A stretch of 64,000 nt of DNA from Escherichia coli (GTDB lineage: Bacteria; Pseudomonadota; Gammaproteobacteria; Enterobacterales; Enterobacteriaceae), in assembly GCF_024223415.1 (NCBI RefSeq), contig NZ_CP100500.1; one strand, 5' to 3'. The notes below the pieces were generated by a model. The model did no database searches. It was not told the origin of the DNA and was given only the letters and a program-made list of their open reading frames with translations. Numbering within the stretch: position 1 is the stretch's first letter; each line of letters opens with the position of its first letter. Made by a program: the position numbers and the translations under genes. This document shows positions 39,056 to 48,086 of the stretch, piece by piece.

Positions 39056-39658
39056 GTGAATATTAATTACCCTGCTGAATATGAAATTGGAGATATCGTC
39101 TTTACATGTATAGGTGCTGCCTTATTTGGTCAAATATCAGCTGCATCAAATTGCTGGAGTAATCACGTCGGGATCATTATCGGTCATAACGGTGAAGACT
39201 TCCTGGTTGCAGAAAGCCGGGTTCCCCTTTCAACCATCACCACGCTATCTCGTTTTATTAAACGTTCGTCTAATCAACGCTATGCTATAAAGCGATTAGA
39301 CGCTGGGCTGACAGAACAACAAAAACAACGAATTGTTGAACAGGTTCCCTCCCGGCTACGCAAACTTTACCACACCGGTTTTAAATACGAATCTTCGCGC
39401 CAGTTCTGTTCAAAATTTGTTTTTGATATTTATAAAGAAGCGCTATGTATTCCGGTGGGTGAAATAGAGACGTTTGGAGAATTGTTAAATAGCAATCCGA
39501 ATGCAAAACTCACTTTCTGGAAATTCTGGTTCCTGGGTTCTATTCCGTGGGAGCGTAAAACCGTCACGCCAGCCAGTTTGTGGCATCATCCGGGTTTGGT
39601 GTTGATTCATGCGGAGGGAGTGGAAACGCCTCAGCCGGAACTGACCGAGGCGGTATAA
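39056..39658 (+). CDS. yebB: uncharacterized protein YebB (GTG start)
   Basis: 200-aa product from [16 protein letters not shown]; AT-rich upstream region; the ORF track extends 33 codons upstream. Confidence 0.75.
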   Translation: MNINYPAEYEIGDIVFTCIGAALFGQISAASNCWSNHVGIIIGHNGEDFLVAESRVPLSTITTLSRFIKRSSNQRYAIKRLDAGLTEQQKQRIVEQVPSRLRKLYHTGFKYESSRQFCSKFVFDIYKEALCIPVGEIETFGELLNSNPNAKLTFWKFWFLGSIPWERKTVTPASLWHHPGLVLIHAEGVETPQPELTEAV

Positions 39659-39659
39659 C

Positions 39660-40181
39660 TTAACGCAGTCGCCCTCTCGCCAGGTTCAGCCGCGATTCGC
39701 TCATCTGCATCGCATTCTGACTAACGTGGCAGTGGGTGATGGCAATCGCCAGCGCATCGGCGGCATCCGCCTGTGGATTAGCGGGCAGTTTCAGCAAGGT
39801 GCGGACCATATGCTGCACCTGGCTTTTTTCGGCACTACCAATACCTACCACCGTTTGCTTTACCTGACGTGCCGCGTATTCAAATACTGGCAACTCCTGA
39901 TTCACCGCCGCCACAATCGCCACGCCGCGCGCCTGGCCCAGTTTCAGGGCTGAGTCAGCGTTCTTTGCCATAAAGACTTGTTCAATGGCGAAATAATCAG
40001 GCTGGAACTGGGTGATGATTTCCGTCACGCCCGCATAGATGAGTTTCAGACGAGACGGTAAATCATCCACTTTGGTGCGGATGCATCCGCTACCCAGGTA
40101 GGACAGTTGCCTACCTACCTGGCGGATGACGCCGTAGCCGGTCACGCGCGAACCCGGATCAATGCCGAGAATAATAGCCAT
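39660..40181 (-). CDS. ruvC: Holliday junction resolvase RuvC
   Basis: 173-aa product from [18 protein letters not shown]. Confidence 0.96.
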
Positions 40182-40215
40182 CACGCGTCTCCGTTTTGCT
40201 GTTTAGCAGGCCTCA

Positions 40216-40956
40216 TCAGAGAGTCGCTGCGACCTCATCAGAGATTTCACCGTTATGGTAAACTTCCTGCACGTCGTCGCAATCTTCCAGCATATCGATC
40301 AGACGCATCAGTTTCGGTGCGGTTTCTGCATCCATATCAGCTTTGGTAGACGGGATCATGGAAACTTCCGCGCTGTCTGCTTTCAGACCTGCCGCTTCCA
40401 GAGCGTCGCGCACTTTACCCATTTCTTCCCATGCAGTGTAGACATCAATCGCGCCGTCATCATAGGTCACAACGTCTTCAGCACCTGCTTCCAGTGCTGC
40501 TTCCATGATGGTGTCTTCATCGCCTTTCTCGAAGGAGATGACGCCTTTTTTGCTGAACAGATAGGCTACGGAACCATCAGTACCGAGGTTACCGCCACAT
40601 TTGCTGAATGCATGACGCACTTCAGCAACGGTACGGTTGCGGTTGTCAGACAGACATTCAATCATGATTGCCGTGCCGCCAGGACCGTAACCTTCGTAGA
40701 TGATGGTTTCCATGTTCGCATCATCATCACCGCCCACACCACGTGCAATTGCGCGGTTCAGCGTGTCACGGGTCATGTTGTTAGACAGTGCTTTATCCAC
40801 CGCTGCACGCAGACGCGGGTTAGCGTCCGGATCGCCACCGCCCAGCTTAGCCGCGGTTACCAGCTCACGAATGATTTTAGTGAAGATTTTACCGCGCTTA
40901 GCATCCTGCGCAGCTTTACGATGTCTGGTGTTGGCCCATTTACTATGACCTGCCAT
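40216..40956 (-). CDS. yebC: YebC/PmpR-family transcriptional regulator
   Basis: 246-aa [26 protein letters not shown]... Confidence 0.93.
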
Positions 40957-40984
40957 AAAAATATCTCCAGATAGCCCTGCCTGT

Positions 40985-41437
40985 TCAGGCAGCGTTAATT
41001 ACAAACTGTTCAATCGCCTGCCGGTTGCTCCAGGACTTAGTGAGCGCCGCCGCAGCAGGCGCATCAAGCCACTTGTAAGCCAGATGTTCAGTGAAAACGA
41101 TCTGCCGCTCGTGCGGAAGCGCAAGACAGAACCATGATTCCGTATTACGCGTCACGCCCGGCGCATAGCGATGACGTAAATGTGAAAAAATTTCAAACTC
41201 TACCGTGCGATGACAGTCAATTAAGGTCAGTTGTTCAGCGACAACATCAATGGTGACCTCTTCCTTTACTTCGCGCATGGCAGCTTGCGGCGCGGTTTCA
41301 CCCTCTTCCACGCTGCCGGTTACCGACTGCCAGAAATCGGGGTCATCACGCCGCTGCAACATCAGCACCCGTTTCGTATCTTGTGCGTAGATGACCACTA
41401 AGATCGAAACGGGACGCTTATACACTTTATCCTTCAC
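40985..41437 (-). CDS. nudB: dihydroneopterin triphosphate pyrophosphatase (Nudix)
   Basis: 150-aa product with Nudix box [20 protein letters not shown]; GTG start assumed; the ORF track extends 19 codons upstream. Confidence 0.88.
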
Positions 41438-41554
41438 GCTGCCTCTTCGTTGACTGCCTTCGCTCATCCCATTCACATAGTTATCTATGCTCATGGGTGT
41501 TCACTCAGTTGCCGCCTCGATGCAACGCGAATGATTTCGTGTATTTGAGTCATA

Positions 41555-43327
41555 TCAGTTATTCTCAGCCTTCTTCACAACCTGAATGCTCAGCTCAGCC
41601 AGTGCAGTCGGGTTAGCAAAGCTCGGTGCTTCAGTCATCAGACACGCTGCCGCCGTGGTTTTCGGGAAGGCGATAACGTCACGGATATTGTCGGTGCCGG
41701 TCAGCAGCATGGTCAGACGGTCAAGACCGAATGCCAGACCTGCGTGCGGCGGAGTACCGTATTTCAGAGCGTCGAGCAGGAAGCCGAATTTCTCGCGCTG
41801 TTCCTCTTCGTTGATACCCAGAATACCAAACACCGTCTGCTGCATATCACCATTATGGATACGTACTGAACCACCGCCCACTTCGTAACCATTGATGACC
41901 ATATCGTAAGCGTTCGCCACCGCATTTTCCGGTGCAGCTTTCAGCTCTGCAGCCGTCATGTCTTTCGGTGAGGTGAACGGATGGTGCATTGCCGTCAGGC
42001 CGCCTTCACCGTCGTCTTCAAACATCGGGAAGTCGATAACCCACAGCGGTGCCCATTTGCTTTCGTCGGTCAGACCAAGGTCTTTACCCACTTTCAGGCG
42101 CAGTGCGCCCATCGCGTCGGCAACAATTTTCTTGTTATCGGCACCGAAGAAAATCATATCGCCATCTTGCGCGGCAGTACGATCCAGGATGGCTTCGATG
42201 ATTTCTGCATTAAGGAACTTCGCTACCGGGCTGTTGATACCTTCCAGACCTTTCGCGCGTTCGTTAACTTTGATGTAAGCCAGACCTTTCGCGCCGTAGA
42301 TTTTAACGAAGTTACCGTATTCGTCGATCTGCTTACGGGTCAGCGATGCGCCACCCGGAACACGCAGAGCGGCAACGCGACCTTTCGGATCGTTCGCCGG
42401 ACCTGCAAATACTGCAAACTCAACAGATTTCAGCAGATCAGCAACGTCGGTCAGTTCCATCGGGTTACGCAGATCCGGTTTATCAGAACCATAACGGCGT
42501 TCGGCTTCCGCAAAGGTCATTACCGGGAAATCGCCCAGATCCACGCCCTTCACTTCCAGCCACAGATGGCGCACCAGCGCTTCCATCACTTCACGCACTT
42601 GCGGCGCGGTCATGAAAGAAGTTTCCACATCGATCTGAGTAAATTCAGGCTGACGATCAGCGCGCAGGTCTTCGTCACGGAAGCATTTAACGATCTGATA
42701 GTAGCGGTCAAAGCCGGACATCATCAGCAGCTGTTTGAACAACTGCGGGGATTGTGGCAGCGCGTAGAATTTACCTTTGTGCACACGAGAAGGCACCAGG
42801 TAGTCACGCGCGCCTTCCGGCGTGGCTTTGGTCAGCATCGGAGTTTCGATGTCGAGGAAGCCGTGGTCATCCATAAAACGGCGCACCAGGCTGGTGATTT
42901 TAGCGCGGGTTTTCAGGCGCTGAGCCATTTCCGGGCGACGCAGGTCGAGGTAGCGGTATTTCAGACGCGCTTCTTCGGTGTTGACGTGGTTAGAGTCAAG
43001 CGGCAGAACATCTGCGCGGTTGATGATAGTCAGCGAGGACGCCAGCACTTCGATTTCGCCGGTCGCCATATCGCGGTTAATATTTTTTTCGTCACGCGCA
43101 CGTACGGTGCCCGTGACCTGAATGCAGAACTCATTACGCAGTTCAGAGGCCAGCTTTAACGCGTCCGCACGATCCGGATCGAAAAATACCTGCACGATAC
43201 CTTCGCGGTCGCGCATATCGATGAAGATCAGGCTACCAAGATCACGACGACGGTTGACCCAACCACACAGAGTCACCTGCTGCCCCACGTGGGACAAACG
43301 GAGCTGTCCACAATATTCTGTACGCAT
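41555..43327 (-). CDS. aspS: aspartate--tRNA ligase
   Basis: 590-aa class II aaRS. Confidence 0.97.
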
Positions 43328-43636
43328 GAGATATCCCTTAACTTAGCTGCCGGCGGATGCCCCCTGCTGCGCAGGTGACCAAGTCGCAGCGTTAGCTGTA
43401 TGTCACAACTGAATGAAAAAAGGCGGCTATTATACTGGAAATTCTGCCGCACCGTAAGAGCCTGGCCCGCGCTGGAACGCCTCGTTACCACTTTATATCG
43501 GGCCTGAAATCAGACTCTACGCCAGTTTGCTATAAAGGTGTTGCCCGAACTCATAAAAATTAACAAAATTTGTCGTTCCGCCATCGGCTAATCGCATTAA
43601 GGTGTGAGGCACGATTTTGTTTTTTCAGGAGTCATT

Positions 43637-44203
43637 ATGCTTGAACTTAATGCTAAAACCACTGCGCTGGTGGTGATCGATTTACAAGAAGGCATCTTAC
43701 CTTTTGCCGGTGGTCCACATACTGCCGATGAGGTAGTTAATCGCGCCGGGAAGCTGGCGGCGAAATTTCGCGCCAGCGGTCAGCCCGTGTTTCTGGTGCG
43801 AGTTGGCTGGTCTGCCGATTACGCCGAAGCATTAAAACAGCCGGTTGATGCCCCCTCCCCCGCTAAAGTGTTGCCCGAAAACTGGTGGCAACATCCAGCT
43901 GTATTAGGTGCAACTGACAGTGATATCGAAATCATCAAACGTCAGTGGGGTGCGTTTTACGGTACGGATCTGGAGTTGCAATTACGCCGCCGAGGTATCG
44001 ATACAATAGTGTTATGTGGGATCTCGACCAATATCGGTGTTGAATCCACCGCCCGCAATGCCTGGGAACTTGGCTTTAATCTGGTGATTGCCGAAGACGC
44101 CTGTAGTGCCGCCAGCGCCGAGCAACACAATAACAGCATTAATCATATCTACCCGCGCATCGCCCGTGTGCGTAGCGTGGAAGAGATCCTTCACGCGTTA
44201 TGA
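43637..44203 (+). CDS. yecD: isochorismatase-family hydrolase YecD
   Basis: 188-aa product from [17 protein letters not shown]; the ORF track begins at an upstream GTG. Confidence 0.88.
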   Translation: MLELNAKTTALVVIDLQEGILPFAGGPHTADEVVNRAGKLAAKFRASGQPVFLVRVGWSADYAEALKQPVDAPSPAKVLPENWWQHPAVLGATDSDIEIIKRQWGAFYGTDLELQLRRRGIDTIVLCGISTNIGVESTARNAWELGFNLVIAEDACSAASAEQHNNSINHIYPRIARVRSVEEILHAL

Positions 44204-44310
44204 TTTACATCGGTCTACCGCAATGGTCGCATCCTAAATGGGTGCGGTTGGGGATCACCAGCCTTGAAGAGTATGCCCGCCACTTTAACTGCGTGATACG
44301 GGATTTTTAA
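44200..44310 (+). pseudogene. yecE: yecE 5' fragment, disrupted by prophage insertion
   Basis: Reads [32 protein letters not shown], then diverges from K-12 yecE and stops after 5 more codons; AT-rich phage-like DNA follows. Confidence 0.8.
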
Positions 44311-44411
44311 AAATCACTAAAGAACGCCCAAGAGCATGAGTTTTCTTTAGCATAATCAAAGCGTTGAATTTCCATGCCATATGAAAATCGGCAAAGTTCA
44401 TATGTAACAAA

Positions 44412-44471
44412 GTGTCCCAATCATGCCCCAAATTGCCCCACAACAGACATTTTTGCCCCATGCATGCCCCA
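44412..44471. repeat. phased direct repeats of TG(C/T)CCCA near the prophage-host junction
   Basis: Five copies (TGTCCCA, TGCCCCA x4) starting at 44413, 44424, 44434, 44454, 44465, spaced at ~10-bp multiples. Confidence 0.6.
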
Positions 44472-44492
44472 AAAAATCACTTTCCCTCACCC

Positions 44493-44542
44493 TTGACACT
44501 GTTTATCCATACAGTTAAAAATAATACTGTATACAAACACAG
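44493..44542 (+). promoter_or_regulatory. putative SOS-regulated promoter of phage dinI: -35 TTGACA with two LexA-box-like palindromes
   Basis: TTGACA at 44493-44498; CTGTTTATCCATACAG at 44499-44514; CTGTATACAAACACAG at 44527-44542; both fit CTGT-N8-ACAG. Confidence 0.6.
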
Positions 44543-44557
44543 TGTAGAGGGATTTTT

Positions 44558-44806
44558 ATGCGTATTGAAATCTGTATCGCTAAAGAAAAATTCAGCAAAA
44601 TGCCAAAAGGCTCTGTACCTGCTCTACAACAGGAAATGTCTCGCCGTATCAGAAAACAATACGACGATGTGGAGGTTATAGTAAAATCCGCCAGTAATGA
44701 CGGACTGACCATTTTAAGAGCCGTAGATAAAGAAAACGCTCAGAAGTTCATACAGGAAACGCTGCAGGAAGTCTGGGAAACTGCTGATGACTGGTTTTTT
44801 CACTAA
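44558..44806 (+). CDS. DinI-family DNA-damage-inducible protein (prophage-encoded)
   Basis: 82-aa [22 protein letters not shown]...[16 protein letters not shown], resembling DinI incl. C-terminal acidic WExADDWF motif; good SD (AGAGGG). Confidence 0.8.
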   Translation: MRIEICIAKEKFSKMPKGSVPALQQEMSRRIRKQYDDVEVIVKSASNDGLTILRAVDKENAQKFIQETLQEVWETADDWFFH

Positions 44807-44873
44807 TCAGGACGTCAAATAAATAACAACTGTAATTATTCTCTCCAAATTAACAATCTCTGTATACATACTC

Positions 44874-44910
44874 AGGCGTGTTCACGCATACAACACGCCT
44901 TTCTGATATT
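44874..44910 (+). terminator. intrinsic terminator downstream of dinI-like gene
   Basis: AGGCGTGTT-cacgcatac-AACACGCCT followed by TTCTGATATTT. Confidence 0.55.
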
Positions 44911-44982
44911 TAATTGTTTACAGAAATATTGCCGAATAAAAATATAAACCATAGTCTTAAAAAAATAATAATTCCACTATAG

Positions 44983-45078
44983 CTATCCCAGAACAACCAG
45001 TACAAATAATAAAAGACATATCACAGCAACACTCCACACTGACAGCGCAAAAATAAATGCCGCCTTTGTTATCTTCAT
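44983..45078 (-). CDS. hypothetical 31-aa hydrophobic peptide (speculative)
   Basis: Manual translation: MKITKAAFIFALSVWSVAVICLLLFVLVVLG; single predicted TM helix; weak SD; lies in an AT-rich spacer. Confidence 0.2.
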   Translation of the reverse strand: MKITKAAFIFALSVWSVAVICLLLFVLVVLG

Positions 45079-45189
45079 ATACAAGCAACCTGTCCTGATA
45101 ATCACCAACTCATGTTTTATTCTTAACCATTCGTCACAAATACAACAAAAAATAACAGCAGCAGCACCGATATCACAATATAAGATACA

Positions 45190-45645
45190 TTATTCAACAC
45201 CTGAATCCCCCGCAGCTTCTCTCCCCTTTATAAAACGCCCCTTCCGGAATCCAGACCGCTGCAGTGCACGACGAAGATGACCGTATACCGTCTTGTCATT
45301 CTGCCCCGTCTCTTCTGTAATCTCCGCAATACTTAAACCTCTGTAATACCGGTTCAGTACCGCTCTGCGCTCTTCCAGCGTCAACACACCTCCGGCCGCT
45401 CTCAGATTCAGCATCGACTTATTCAGAATACAGCAGGCCTCTCCGGTAAAAAGAATACGAACAATATCTGTATACTCATCATCACAGAATACAAAATAAT
45501 ATCTGAATGACCTGCCTGACTGCACCCTTCTTCTGTCTGATATGGCATCTTCTATATATCTGATTCGACTGCTTACGGTTCCAAATATCTCTCGCAGGGC
45601 TTTTTCAAAATAAATATCTCTCGTCGCCAGGATTATATCCAGCAT
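45190..45645 (-). CDS. LuxR/GerE-type HTH transcriptional regulator (prophage accessory)
   Basis: 151-aa ORF; C-terminal LTLEERRAVLNRYYRGLSIAEITEETGQNDKTVYGHLRRALQR fits the GerE/LuxR HTH pattern; Arg codons almost all AGA/AGG/CGA and frequent ATA Ile. Confidence 0.6.
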   Translation of the reverse strand: MLDIILATRDIYFEKALREIFGTVSSRIRYIEDAISDRRRVQSGRSFRYYFVFCDDEYTDIVRILFTGEACCILNKSMLNLRAAGGVLTLEERRAVLNRYYRGLSIAEITEETGQNDKTVYGHLRRALQRSGFRKGRFIKGREAAGDSGVE

Positions 45646-45661
45646 CTCTGTACCTCATTAT

Positions 45662-45682
45662 ATCCCGGGGGACTCCCCCGGG
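45662..45682. other. GC-rich hairpin between eib-like gene and regulator
   Basis: TCCCGGGGG-ACT-CCCCCGGGA, 9-bp perfect stem, no U-tract. Confidence 0.5.
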
Positions 45683-45705
45683 ACAGATATCTAAATCCTG
45701 ACCTG

Positions 45706-46833
45706 TCAGAACTCAAAATTCACACCAGCATTCCACGATGCGGATGACCCACCTGCAGCAACTGCAACTTTTCCTGCCACATTCTCTGTGAAACGGTAGC
45801 CCACGCCCACCGCAATGGCCTGCTCATCACGGTAACCACCAACGGCTGCTGTCGCGTTAAATTTTCCAACACTGTATGGCTGGAAAAGACCGGCCAGTGC
45901 CGCGCTCTGGGCTGCACTCTCCCTTAACTCCTTCCGGTTCTCTTTAATCTGCTCCTGCATATTATTCATTCTCTCTGTCGCCATCTTCTGCCAGGCTTCC
46001 GTCAAATCCAGACGATGACTGTTATTCCTTATCGCTGCTGTATTTGAGGCTATTGCTGCATCCGTCTGCGCCCTGTTCTTCACAAGCACATCGCTGAGAT
46101 GTTCTGCCTGGCTTTTCACCTCGTTACGGACAGTACGCACACTGCTGTCTGTATATGTACGCGTCTCGTCCAGAACATCCGACTTCACCGCATCCGTGTA
46201 TTCCTGCGCAGAAGCCCTGGCAGCTGTAATATTACCGTTAAGTCTGTTTTCTGCCGATTCCACTCGACTCTTAGCATCAGCAACAGCATCACGGTAGACA
46301 GCTCCTATCTCACCGCGCAGGGCATCCCCCGACTCCCGTACAGCATCTGCAATGGCGTTGTCCATCTGTCCTTTTGTGGCCGCATCACTATCCTTAACAC
46401 CATCTGAAACATTTATAATCCGGCGGGTTTCCGGTGCACCATCAACTGAAAATCCATATCCTGAAGGACCGGCCCCTACAGAAAGTACATTGCTTTCTCC
46501 ATTCACCTGAGAGCCATACCCCAGAGCGACACTGTTGTCTGCATTAAAAACAGCTGTATTATTTCCCACAGCCATGGATTTATCCGCATCCCAAATTATT
46601 GCATCGGAACCAACAGCAAAGTTTTTTCCAGTAACACTACCATCACTGTTAAAATTTCCATTTCTGTCAACCACAGTTGCACTTTCAAGTGAATGAGTGC
46701 CATTATCAATCCAGATAATACCCGTCGATGACTCAGTAAGTGTTTTATGAGCCAAAGCCTGAGATGAGAGCAGCAGGGCCACACTCACTGCCAGCGCGCT
46801 TTTCTTTAAAAAAGCATCACGTCTTTTAAGCAT
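45706..46833 (-). CDS. trimeric autotransporter adhesin, Eib-like (E. coli immunoglobulin-binding protein family) candidate
   Basis: 375-aa product from MLKRRDAFLKKSALAVSVALLLSSQALA (signal peptide; SD AGGAG 9 nt upstream); coiled-coil stalk; C-terminal YadA-like anchor ...WNAGVNFEF; Eib genes are known prophage cargo; the ORF track extends 18 codons upstream. Confidence 0.7.
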   Translation of the reverse strand: MLKRRDAFLKKSALAVSVALLLSSQALAHKTLTESSTGIIWIDNGTHSLESATVVDRNGNFNSDGSVTGKNFAVGSDAIIWDADKSMAVGNNTAVFNADNSVALGYGSQVNGESNVLSVGAGPSGYGFSVDGAPETRRIINVSDGVKDSDAATKGQMDNAIADAVRESGDALRGEIGAVYRDAVADAKSRVESAENRLNGNITAARASAQEYTDAVKSDVLDETRTYTDSSVRTVRNEVKSQAEHLSDVLVKNRAQTDAAIASNTAAIRNNSHRLDLTEAWQKMATERMNNMQEQIKENRKELRESAAQSAALAGLFQPYSVGKFNATAAVGGYRDEQAIAVGVGYRFTENVAGKVAVAAGGSSASWNAGVNFEF

Positions 46834-47181
46834 TCTGTTATTCTCCTGTATTATTACTTCACCAGCCAGAACGGTAGTGCGGAGCAAAAATACAGTGATA
46901 AGAATCCTCTTTTATTAATTTAATAATATCAGGAATATTATTGTGTATAATATGCGCCCTCAATTTAAGCAGCAGAAAAGCAATGACGCGAAAATCATTA
47001 AAATACATAAAGATAAAACATCATAACTATAATTATAATAAGCGCGCTTATTTTAGCATCTGAACATTTAAAGTACTGCTATCACAAAACAATAAAAATC
47101 CTGGGTAATATCTCTGATGATTGAATGAGAAATTCACGATGTCTGGTGAGAATTCTGTTCAAAACGAGGAATGCAGACGTA

Positions 47182-47268
47182 CACGTGGCACGCACCACGT
47201 GATCCGTAGAAAAGCCTCTTGTTACGAATTTCGTAAACCGCACGTCTGTCTGGTCGTGCGGATTTTTT
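47182..47268 (+). other. three consecutive hairpins ending in an intrinsic terminator (candidate structured RNA 3' end)
   Basis: CACGTGG-cacgca-CCACGTG (47182-47201); perfect 15-bp palindrome TTACGAATTTCGTAA (47222-47236); CCGCACG-tctgtctggt-CGTGCGG + ATTTTTT (47238-47268). Confidence 0.45.
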
Positions 47269-47454
47269 ATCCGTCAACTTCACATGAAACCCGCCAGAGC
47301 ACTGTTTCCGGATTCAGACATCAGGCATATTATCATCCACAATATCGTGAACAAGATCACCTTTTTGCAATTCCTTTATTGATCGAAAGCAGTTAATCAC
47401 TGAAATTAATTACCGGAGTGAAAGCATTACTGCATAATAAATATAGATCCTTGC

Positions 47455-47488
47455 CCCCCTCTGACAGAATTTTCAGAGGGGTTTTTTT
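47455..47488 (+). terminator. strong plus-strand intrinsic terminator
   Basis: CCCCCTCTGA-cagaattt-TCAGAGGGGG followed by T7; plus-strand only. Confidence 0.65.
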
Positions 47489-47496
47489 TATCAGTT

Positions 47497-48072
47497 TCAC
47501 CATCCAACCCTGTACGCCAGAATGGTTTCACTGTCACTCAGTTCTGCTATTGCCTTTTTCATCTCCCTTTGCCTTATATGTATTTCAAGGCCTTTCCTGA
47601 ACATCGCTTTACCAGCAGCATCACTCAGGGATATCAGTTCATCTGCCGTCATCGGTACATCATTATTCTCTGCGTCCGTCCAGAAAAATCCTTCCGGCAA
47701 CACTCCGCCTCTGGCCGCTGATGCCGACATTCCAAGACGTGTCATGGCTTCCTTTCCATAATCCCATTTCCGTCCTCTGTGCTCAAAAACATACCCTGAC
47801 GCCTCCATCGCATCACGCCAGGCATTTATCTCCGCGTTTTTCATCCTGCGTGCTTCTTCCACAGCCATATCATCATTTGCCCGGTACTCACCTACCGGCC
47901 CTGCATCACCTCTTATGCAGGCTTCAAATATTTCACGACCGTAAGACTCAGGATCATCCGCACTTGCTGTAAATACACATTCTGTTTCCGCGTCTGAAAA
48001 CTTCACTATACAGTTTATGGTCGTATGACCCCTGTCAGCCCACACTGGTGACGTGATTTTATCGACCTTCAT
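47497..48072 (-). CDS. hypothetical phage protein at the tail-fibre-assembly (tfa) position
   Basis: 191-aa ORF immediately downstream of the stf-like gene with SD GGGGAGAAA; does not resemble lambda Tfa as far as I can recall; assignment is positional. Confidence 0.4.
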   Translation of the reverse strand: MKVDKITSPVWADRGHTTINCIVKFSDAETECVFTASADDPESYGREIFEACIRGDAGPVGEYRANDDMAVEEARRMKNAEINAWRDAMEASGYVFEHRGRKWDYGKEAMTRLGMSASAARGGVLPEGFFWTDAENNDVPMTADELISLSDAAGKAMFRKGLEIHIRQREMKKAIAELSDSETILAYRVGW

Positions 48073-48086
48073 TCATTTCTCCCCTG

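Noticed and set aside
40255-40974. 239-aa plus-strand ORF
   Set aside because: Antisense to yebC; shadow ORF.
41981-43159. 392-aa plus-strand ORF
   Set aside because: Antisense to aspS, which is clearly the real gene. Its composition is His/Arg/Phe-rich, typical of a shadow ORF.
45720-45917. 65-aa minus-strand ORF inside the eib-like gene
   Set aside because: Out-of-frame overlap with the well-supported adhesin ORF.
47121-47396. 91-aa plus-strand ORF in the eib-tfa intergenic region
   Set aside because: A clean intrinsic terminator (47238-47268) sits inside it and the sequence is low-complexity. The region is more likely non-coding RNA or regulatory.
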